The notes below the pieces were generated by a model. It was not told where the DNA came from. It saw only the letters and a program-made list of their open reading frames with translations, and made no database searches. A stretch of 64,000 nucleotides of DNA, from NCBI GenBank assembly GCA_038087875.1, contig CM075997.1:8062001-8126000 (forward strand). The letters are read 5' to 3'. Shown piece by piece: positions 24,629 to 34,593 of this stretch (its first letter is position 1; each line of letters starts with the position of its first letter). Made by a program: the position numbers and the translations under genes. The stretch comes from Malacoraja senta (lineage: Eukaryota).

Positions 24629-25285
24629 CAGAAACATAGAAACATAGAAAATAGGTGCAGGAGTAGGCCATTCGGCCCTTCGAGCCTGCACCGCCATTCA
24701 ATATGATCATGGCTGATCATCCAACTCAGTATTCTGTACCTGCTTTCTCTCCATACCCCCTGATCCCTTTAGCCACAAGGGCCACATCTACCTCCCTCTT
24801 GAATATAGCCAATGAACTGGCCTCAACTACATTCTGTGGCAGAGAATTCCAGAGATTCACCACTCTCTGTGTAAAAAATGTTTTTCTCATCTCAGTCCCA
24901 AAAGATTTCCCCTTTATCCTTAAACTGTGAACCCTTGTTCTGGACTTCCCAAGCATCGGGCACAATCTTCCTGCATCTAGCCTGTCCAACCCCTTAAGAA
25001 TTTTGTATGTTTCTGTAAGATCCCCCCTCAATCTCCTAAATTCTAGCGAGTACAAGCCGAGTCTATCCAGTCTTTCTTCATATGAAAGTCCTGACATTCC
25101 AGGAATCAGTCTGGTGAACCTTCTCTGTACTCCCTCTATGGCAAGAATGTCCTTCCTCAGATTAGGAGACCAAAACTGTACGCAATACTCCAGGTGTGGT
25201 CTCACCAAGACCCTGTACAACTACAGTAGAACCTCCCTGCTCCTATACTCAAATCATTTTGCTATGAATGCTAACATACCATTCG
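24629..25285 (-). mobile_element. CR1 3' fragment, duplicate of 20615-21254
   Basis: Same tail junction (GATCAAAGGCAAAGGGAAA|CA...) and shared LPQNVVEASS variant. Confidence 0.85.
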
Positions 25286-28200
25286 CTAACATACCAAGGA
25301 CCTGCGATAGAACTGTCGTCCTCTGGTGACTCGTTCCATACTCCAACTGCTCTTTGTATGAAAAATGTGCCCCTCAGATTTATTTTACCTATCACAAACC
25401 TGTATCCTATGGTTCGTGCTTCTACTACTCTGGGTAAAAGACGCAGACAAATCGGACTATTGTAGCTGGGACATGTTGGCCGGTGTTGGCAAGTTGAGCT
25501 GAAGGGCCTGTCTCCACACTGTATCACTCTGTGACTAAGGAAGAAAGAGAAAAGGGGAGACAAAGAAAAGAGAGAAAAATATTTTAAAAAGAGGGGGAAT
25601 ACAAAAGGCAAGAAAGGGGAAAATGGGAGAGAAAGCAGAGGAAAAGAGGCAATCAAGGGAAGGGGAGAGAACAAGAGAGAATGAGAAAGAAGAGTGAAAA
25701 GGATAGGAAGAGAGTGGGAAATAAATTGTGGGAAAGGAAAAAGAGAAAAAGAGAGATCAAAGGCAAAGGGAAAAAAGAGCAATAGAGAAAAGAATAGAAA
25801 AAGAATGCCCACACCGGCCACGTGTACAAGCTACACTTGTCTCACCTGCCTGCATTTGGTCCATATCCCTCTAAACCTGTCCTATCCATATACCTGACTA
25901 GAGACACAGAAAGCTGGAGCAATTCAGTGGGAAAGGCAGCATTTCTGGAGAGAAGGAATGGGTGACGTTTCGGGTTGAGACTACTTCAGTTGAACAATCT
26001 GTTCCAGGCGAAAATCAGTTTTATCTTCGAAAAACAGTTCCTTCCTACACATGTACCTATCCACTGTTTCTTAAATGTTGAGTTAGTCCCTGTCTCAACT
26101 ACCTACTCTGGGAGATTGTTCCATACACCACCACCTGACCTCTTCCTCTAATGATTTTATACACCTTTATAATAAGATCACACCTCATCCTTCTGCGCTC
26201 CAAGGAATAGAGTCCCAGCCTACTCAAACACTCCCTATAGTTCAGACCCTCTGATCCTGGCAACCTCCTTGTAAAACTTTTCCGTACACTTTCCAGCTTG
26301 ACAACATCATTCCTACAACATGGTGCCCAGAACTGAACACAATATTCTAAACGCGACCTCGCCAACATATTATACAACTGCAACATGACCTCTCAGCTTC
26401 TGTACTCAATACTCTGACTGATGAAGGCCAATGTGCCAAATGCCTTTTTGAAACCCCATCTACCTGCGACTCCACCTTCAAGGAACCAAGCACCTGCACT
26501 CCTAAATCCCTCTGCTCTACAACACTCCCCAGAGCCCTACCATTCACTGTGTAGATCTTTGCCCTTTAGACTTCGCAAAATGCAACATTTCACTGTTGTG
26601 TTTTCGAATATTCCATCGACCATTCCTCAACCCACCAGACCAATCGATCAAGAACCTAATGCAATTTTCACAATTCCTGCTGCAATTCCGGCAGGGGGGA
26701 TCTGGGAGGTGAAGAATCAATGGAGACTGTTCTATGGGTCGTCTTTAGGATGCAACGACTCGTTGCCAGAGAGATGCGCCTGAATGTTTCTATGTTTCTA
26801 TGTTTCTATGAATGGGCGGGGAGGGTGGGGGTACGACGCACCATGAGCTTGACATGTTGGTGTGCACGGTGACGTCTGGCGGTATCGTTAACAAAGTAGG
26901 GCCTCTGCTGAGGACAGGCCGTTCAGCATTAAAGAGGGTGTAGTCGGGGGGGGGGGGGTGGGGGTGAGTAAAATCAGATGAGGCTTTGGGTTGCTGTCAG
27001 ACCCGGGTTCTGTGGATGGCGGAGTGGCGAGTGCGCCCTGCGTGAGTCCAAAGCACATTGGAAAGTTTGAAGCACATTCATCATCAAAGCGATGGCTTGT
27101 CGACGTTGAGGCTTTTTATCGAGCTCTTTTTGATACAACTGAGCTGAAACATCAGAAAATACGTATTTCAATCGATTTGCAATCCTTTAGAGCAGGCTGC
27201 AACATAAATTGGGAACGTTGTAATTTCATCTGAATGAACACGTCAAGCCGACCAAAGATGAAACAAACGTTTCAACTTCTCACCAGAGTGTAAACAGTCT
27301 AATGATTTTCTCGGATCAAGATTTCTTTCATTCATCGATAATTTTTATGGGGCACAAAATATTTAACAATTGTATCACCAGCTGCCATTGCCGTTGATCG
27401 AACTTCAATTCACGCCATAAAAACATAAACACTAATTGCAAATATTGAATCATTCATCACATTGTCGCAAGTTAATAATTTCTAGTGACCTTGAAGTGCA
27501 CACGATGTATTAGGTTCCGAGGAAGGGTCCGTGATCTGAACAGTTGACTGTCTTTTTCCAAAGACGCCGCCTGCCTGGTGGAGTTCTTCAAGCATCACTA
27601 GATTATTTATTATAATTCTTCGTGCAGGTCTGTAAATGTGCATGCATTTATCCAAAAAATAATTAACACTTTTACGTTAGAACTCAGAAGAGAAGTTTTG
27701 CGAGTCTCCACTGGAACCAAAGTAAGTATTATTTTCAAGACGCAGGTTAACAAGCACGCAGCCGATCATGTAAAACAAATGATAGGTCGGTACGCTGTGG
27801 TTTGGGAGAGACGGTTGAGGAGCTCTGAGGCTAGGACAGTCTGAAATCATGGAAAGCAGGAAAGAGCAGACAGCTGGAAATGATATGGAGAGATTAGTCA
27901 TAAAAACACTTCTTCAGTAAGATGAGTCAGTCATCAGAACCGTACCTCTGTGACATATTATGTCACATATTATGTGAAGTTCTGGTCGCCCTGAAAGCTT
28001 TGTAGACCGCGCCGAAGTGGCTCATCAAGATGTCATCAGGATTAGGAGATACTAGCTGGAAGGAGAGTTGGCATTGCATTCTGTGGTGGATCGGCGACCT
28101 ACATATGATTTGCTGTCAATTGGGATTATTATTTAATTGATTTGTTTGTTCATTATATATTATCTGTGTGTATTGTGTTATCAGGCTTGTTATGCTGCTG

Positions 28201-29209
28201 CAAACACGAATTTCGTTATTCCGCTATTGATTTATATACCAATGAACCACTCTTGACACTTGACGCATGAAATTAAGAGAAGTATAGAGAGGATCGATGA
28301 CAAATGTATTCTACCACGTGTGGAAATCACAAGCAACAAAAACAATAGCATTGTAATTGACGGAAAGACTGTAGGAGATATGCTGGACGTTTCTTTTCAC
28401 AAAAAGAGTGGAGGCGCCTGGAGTGCGCTGCCAACGTAGTGACGCTAACCAGGTGTTTGAACAGCCACAAGGAGGGATATGGATAATAGGCAGTAGACAA
28501 TTGACAATAGGTGCAGGAGTAGACCATTTGGCCCTTCGAGGCAGCACCGCCATTTAATGTGATCATGGCTGAGCATCCCCAATCAGTACCCCGTTCCTGC
28601 CTTCTCCCCATAAACCCTGGTACCGCTATCTTTAAGAGCCCTATCTAGCACTCCCATGAAAGTATCCAGAGAACCGGCCTCCACCGCCATCTGGGGCAGA
28701 GAATTCCACAGACTCACAAATTTCTGTGTGAAAAAGTGTTTCCTCATCTCCGTTCTAAATGGCTTACCCCTTATTCTTAAACTGTGGCCCCTGGTTATGA
28801 ATTCCCCGAACATCGGGAACATGTTTCCAGCCTCTAGCGTGTCCAAACCCTTTATAATCTTATATATTTCAATAACAATCCCTCTCATCCTTCTAAATTC
28901 CAGAGTATACAATCCCAGCCGCTCCATTCTCACAGCATATGACAGTCGCGCCATCCCGGGAATTAACCTTGTAAACCTACACAGCACTCCTCAATAGCAA
29001 GAATGACCTTTCTCAAATTAGGGGACCAAAACTGCACACAATATTCCAGGGCCCTGTACAACTGCAAAAGGGCCTCTTTGCTCCTATACACAACACCTTT
29101 TATTATGAAACATAGAAACATAGAAACATAGAAATTAGGTGCAGGAGTAGGCTATTCGGCCCTTCGAGCCTGCACCGCCATTCAATATGATCATGGCTGA
29201 TCATCCAAC

Positions 29210-32150
29210 TCAGTATCCCGTACCTGCCTTCTCTCCATACCCTCTGATCCCTTTAGCCACAAGGGCCACATCTAGCTCCCTCTTAAATAGAGCCAATGAA
29301 CTGGCCTCGACTACCCTCTGTGGCAGAGAGTTCCAGAGATTCACCACTCTCTGTGTGAAAAAAGTTCTTCTCATCTCGGTTTTAAAGGATTTCCCCTTAT
29401 CCTTAAACTGTGACCCCTTGTCCTGGACTTCCCCAACATCGGGAGCAATCTTCCTGCATCTAGCCTGTCCAACCCCTTAAGAATTTTGTAAGTTTCTATA
29501 AGATCCCCTCTCAATCTCCTAAATTCTAGAGAGTATAAACCAAGTCTATCCAGTCTTTCTTCATAAGACAGTCCTGACATCCCAGGAATCAGTCTGGTGA
29601 ACCTTCTCTGCACTCCCTCTATGGCAATAATGTCCTTCCTCAGATTTGGAGACCAAAACTGTACGCAATACTCCAGGTGTGGTCTCACCAAGACCCTGTA
29701 CAACTGCAGTAGAACCTCCCTGCTCCTATACTCAAATCCTTTTGCTATGAAAGCTAACATACCATTCGCTTTCTTCACTGCCTGCTGCACCTGCATGCCT
29801 ACTTTCAATGACTGGTGTACCATGACACCCAGGTCTCGCTGCATCTCCCCTTTTCCTAGTCGGCCACCATTTAGAAAATAGTCTGCTTTCCTGTTTTTGC
29901 CACCAAAATGGATAACCTCACATTTATCCACATTATACTGCATCTGCCAAACATTTGCCCACTCACCCAGCCTATCCAAGTCACCTTGCAGTCTCCTAGC
30001 ATCCTCCTCACAGCTAACACTGCCCCCCAGCTTAGTGTCATCCGCAAACTTGGAGATATTGCCTTCAATTCCCTCATCCAGGTCATTAATATATATTGTA
30101 AATAGCTGGGGTCCCAGCACTGAGCCTTGCGGTACCCCACTAGTCACTGCCTGCCATTGTGAAAAGGACCCGTTTACTCCTACTCTTTGCTTCCTGTTTG
30201 CCAGCCAGTTCTCTATCCACATCAATACTGAACCCCCAATGCCATGTGCTTTAAGTTTGTATACTAATCTCTTATGTGGGACCTTGTCGAAAGCCTTCTG
30301 GAAGTCCAGATACACCACATCCACTGGTTCTCCCCTATCCACGCTACTAGTTACATCCTCGAAAAATTCTATAAGATTCGTCAGACATGATTTACCTTTC
30401 GTAAATCCATGCTGACTTTGTCCAATGATTTCACCACTTTCCAAATGTGCTGCTATCCCATCTTTAATAACTGACTCTAGCAGTTTCCCCACTACCGATG
30501 TTAGACTAACTGGTCTGTAATTCCCCGTTTTCTCTCTCCCTCCCTTCTTAAAAAGTGGGGTTACGTTTGCTACCCGCCAATCCTCAGGAACTACTCCAGA
30601 ATCTAAAGAATTTTGAAAGATTATTACTAATGCATCCACTATTTCTGGAGCTACTTCCTTAAGTACTCTGGGATGCAGCCTATCTGGCCCTGGGGATTTA
30701 TCGGCCTTTAATCCATTCAATTTACCCAAAACCTCTTCCCGACTAACCTGGATTTCACTCAATTCCTCCAACTCCTTTGACCCGCGGTCCCCTGCTATTT
30801 CCGGCAGATTATTTATGTCTTCCTTAGTGAAGACGGAACCAAAGTAGTTATTCAATTGGTCCGCCATATCCTTGTTCCCCATGATCAACTCACCTGTTTC
30901 TGACTGCAAGGGACCTACATTTGTTTTAACTAATCTCTTTCTTTTTACATATTTATAAAAACTTTTGCAGTCAGTTTTTATGTTCCCTGCCAGTTTTCTT
31001 TCATAATCTATTTTTCCTTTCCTAATTAAGCCCTTTGTCCTCCTCTGCTGGTCTCTGAATTTCTCCCAGTCCTCTGGTATGCTGCTTTTTCTGGCTAATT
31101 TGTACGCATCATCTTTCGCTTTGATACCATCCCTGATTTCCCTTGTTATCCACGGATGCACTACCTTCCCTGATTTATTCTTTTGCCAAACTGGGATGAA
31201 CAATTTTTGTAGTTCATCCATGCAGTCTTTAAATGTTTTCCATTGCATGTCCACCGTCAACCGTTTTAGAATTAATTGCCAGTCAATCATGGCCAATTCA
31301 TGTCTCATACCCTCAAAGTTACCTTTCTTTAAGTTCAGAACCATTGTTTCTGAATTAACAATGTCACTCTCCATCCTAATGAAGAACTCAACCATATTAT
31401 GGTCACTCTTGCCCAAGGGGGCACGTACAACAAGACTGCTAACTAACCCTTCCTCATTACTCAATACCCAGTCTAAAATAGCCTGCTCTCTCATTGGTTC
31501 CTCTACATGTTGATTTAGATAACTATCCCGCATACATTCCAAGAAATCCTCTTCCTCAGCACCCCTGCCAATTTGATTCACCCAATCTATATGTAGATTG
31601 AAGTCACCCATTATAACTGTTTTGCATTTGTCGCACGCATTTCTAATTTCCTGTTTGATGCCATCCCCAACTTCACTACTACTGCTAGGTGGCCTGTACA
31701 CAACACCCACCAGCGTTTTCTGCCTCTTAGTGTTTCGCAGCTCTACCCATACCGATTCCACATCTCCAAGCTAATGTCCTTCCTTTCCACTGCGTTAATC
31801 TCCTCTCTAACCAGCAACGCTACCCCACCTCCTTTTCCTTTCTCTCTATCCCTCCTGAATATTGAATATCCCTGGATGTTCAGCTCCCAGCCTTGGTCAC
31901 CCTGGAGCCATGTCTATACCCTGGAGCCATATCCCAACTATATCATAGTCATTAATAGCTATCTGCACATTCAACTCATCCACCTTATTACGAATGCTCC
32001 TTGCATTGAGACATAAAGCCTTCAGGCTTGTTTTTACAACACTCTTACCCCTTATACAATTATGTTGAAAAGTGGCCCTTTTTGATTTTTGCCCTGGTTT
32101 TGTCTGTCTTCCACTTTTACTTTTCACCTTGCTACCTATTGCTTCTACCC
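29210..32150 (-). pseudogene. CR1 ORF2 (EN + RT), 796-aa open core with three frameshift lesions
   Basis: ORF 29371..31761 has YRPP, GDFN, SDHN, QGSVLGP and FADD; 1-bp losses near 29395 and 31765; +10-bp lesion near 31915. Confidence 0.9.
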
Positions 32151-32248
32151 TCATTTTACACTCCTCTGTCTCTACGCTCACACATTTAAGAAACCCTTTC
32201 CCTTTAACTCCATCCTCCACTATCCCATTTGACACCCCACCCCCTTAT

Positions 32249-33175
32249 TCAGTTTAAAACCACCCGTGTAGCAGTGGCAAACCTGCCTGCCAGAATGCTG
32301 GTCCCACACCTGTTAAGATGCAATCCGTCCCTTTTGTACAGTTCCCCCTTACCCCAAAACAGATCCCAGTGATCTAAGAATCCTAAATCCCTGCCCCATG
32401 CACCAGTTCCTGAGCCACACGTTTCAGGTCCCGTATCTCCCTGTTCCTGCTCTCACCAGCACGAGGAACTGGAAGCAAACCGGAGATAACAACCTGGAGG
32501 TCCTGCTTTTCAGCATTTTTCCGAGCTCTCTAAAGTCACGCTGCAGAATATTCATCCCCTTCTTTCCGACATCGTTTGTGCCGACATGCACTACCACTTC
32601 CGGATGTTCACCTTCGCCCTTGAGGATTTTCTGCACTCTGTCCGTGACATCCTGGATCCTGGCACCAGGAAGGCAGCACACCATCCTCGCATCCCGTCTG
32701 TTGCCACAGGAAACCCCTGTCCGTACCTCTCACAATGGAGTCTCCCACTACAATGGCGTTGCCTGCCTTAGGCCTTTTTGGTTTTGGCTCAACAGCCCTA
32801 TTCGCATCGCAAGCCAGTCCGCCACTCAGTGTAAACACGTCTTCTGTCCCAACAGCTTCTAAGCGGGTGACCTGTTCACAAGAGGTACAACACCCGGGGA
32901 CGTTGGCATTCCATGCTTCCCTCCCTTTCTCACCGTCTCCCACCTTCTCTCTTCCAGTACCTTAGGTGTAACAATCGTACTGTAGGACTTGTCGAGGAAC
33001 GACTCCGTTTCTCGGATGAACCGGAGGTCATCCACTTGCTTCTCCAGTTCCCCAACACGGCCCTTCAGGAGCTCTACCTGGATGCACTTCTCGCATTTGT
33101 AGCAGCCAGAGGCACCAGCGGTGTCCTTGACCTCCACATACTGCAAGCATCGCACTGAATCAGCTTGCCTGACAT
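32249..33175 (-). pseudogene. CR1 ORF1 (Cys-rich N-terminus + SGNH esterase), frameshifted
   Basis: MSGKLIQCDACSMW...CEKC, VVGDSIVRG, HVGTND; DGLHL at ~32330; TGA at 32249-32251. Confidence 0.85.
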
Positions 33176-33232
33176 CTCCTTCTTTTGTCTCTACCTCTCA
33201 AGCGTATTGCGTGGTGTCCTCTCCTCGCCGAA

Positions 33233-33590
33233 GACTCTCGAGCCAAAGACTCACACTTTACTCACAGGCACGACTCTCGAGCCAAAGACTCACACTTTTC
33301 TCACAGGGCACGACTCTCGAGCCAAAGACTCACACTTTTCTCACAGGGCACGACTCTCGAGCCAAAGACTCACACTTTTCTCACAGGGCACGACTCTCGA
33401 GCCAAAGACTCACACTTCTCTCACAGGGCACGACTCTCGAGCCAAAGACTCACACTTTTCTCACAGGGCACGACTCTCGAGCCAAAGACTCACACTTTTC
33501 TCACAGGGCACGACTCTCGAGCCAAAGACTCACACTTTTCTCACAGGGCACGACTCTCGACCAAAGACTCACACTTTTCTCACAGGGCAC
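33233..33590. repeat. Tandem array, ~9 x 40 bp (CACGACTCTCGAGCCAAAGACTCACACTTTTCTCACAGGG), in the CR1 5'UTR
   Basis: Directly visible 40-bp period with near-identical units, starting ~58 bp upstream of the ORF1 ATG. Confidence 0.95.
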
Positions 33591-34593
33591 TTCCCTCACA
33601 AGGCCGCTCACTCACTGCCGCTCGCTAAGAGCCGTCTTGCTTAAATTGATGAATAAATTGTCTGATTTACCAATTTACAAACAAAATTCCTCAGTTTTCA
33701 ACTGTTTTCCCGGCACTGACTCACTTCTCTCCTCCCACTCGGGCTAGAGCCAATCAGTCGTATCTCTTGCTAATCTCCTGGGCAATTCGCTTTCATTACT
33801 GCCAGCTGTACCTGAATGCTTACTTTCATTGACTGATGACATGGACCCCCCCCCCCCCCCAGATCCCGTTGTACGTCCCCTTTTCCCAACTTGACAATAT
33901 TTATATAATAATCTGCCTGCCTACTCACATTTATCCACATTAAACTGTATCTGCCATGCACCTGCCCACTTACCCAACCTGTCCAAGTCACTTTGCATTC
34001 TCATAGCATCCTCCTCACAGTTCACGCTGCTTTGTGTCATTTGCAAATTTGCTAATGTTACTTTGAATCCCTTCATCTAAATCATTATGTATATTGTTAA
34101 TAGCTGCGGTCCCAGCACCGAGCCTTGCGGTACCCCACTAGTCACAGCCTGCCATAGTGAAAGGGACCCGTTAATCCCTACTATTTGTAATGGAGGGGTA
34201 TGGATCAAGTACGTGCATATTGGGTTAGTTTAAGTGAGCGTTATGTTCTGCAGATACATCGTGGGCCAAAGAACTTGCTTCTGCGCTGTACAGTATTAGC
34301 TAAGTTCTATGTAACAGTGAGCCGTAATTATACTCAGGATCCTGCAGAATTCTTTGTTTTTCATGCGTTGAAGTGCATTGTTTATAATGAAATAACACTC
34401 CTGTTTTGGTTAATATCAAAGTAGTTAGTGTGCCTGGCGCTAGATATTTCGGCAGAAACATAGAGATCATTGGCATTATTATTGGTTTATCATTCTCACA
34501 TTTAGCAAGACAGAAAAAACTATTTGTTTTTAGAATGTAGAATAAATCTTGACTATCCAGTCACATCATACTATACATGAGTGCAATCAAATC

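Larger units (their letters stand above)
29108..33770 (-). mobile_element. Near-full-length young CR1 with tandem-repeat 5'UTR
   Basis: (TTTCTATG)n tail, ORF2, esterase ORF1 and 5'UTR array in order; 5' boundary approximate. Confidence 0.92.
28495..34187 (-). mobile_element. Older CR1 fragment split in two (28495-29107, ~33785-34187) by the near-full-length CR1
   Basis: ORFs 28583..28987 and 33770..33991 are colinear RT parts; distinct (ATTGTCT)-like tail. Confidence 0.75.

Noticed and set aside
26820..28300. Mostly non-repeat interval with small ORFs (26974-27233, 27638-27901)
   Set aside because: No recognisable domain or convincing paired splice sites.
29597..31513. Recurrent antisense ORFs over CR1 ORF2 (e.g. 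MPPKWITSHLS...)
   Set aside because: They recur only because the CR1 copies are near-identical; no independent motifs.
33121..33747. Repetitive ORFs in all three frames / CRISPR-like array
   Set aside because: 40-bp head-to-tail units with no unique spacers, no cas genes and a eukaryotic context; it is a tandem repeat in a LINE 5'UTR.
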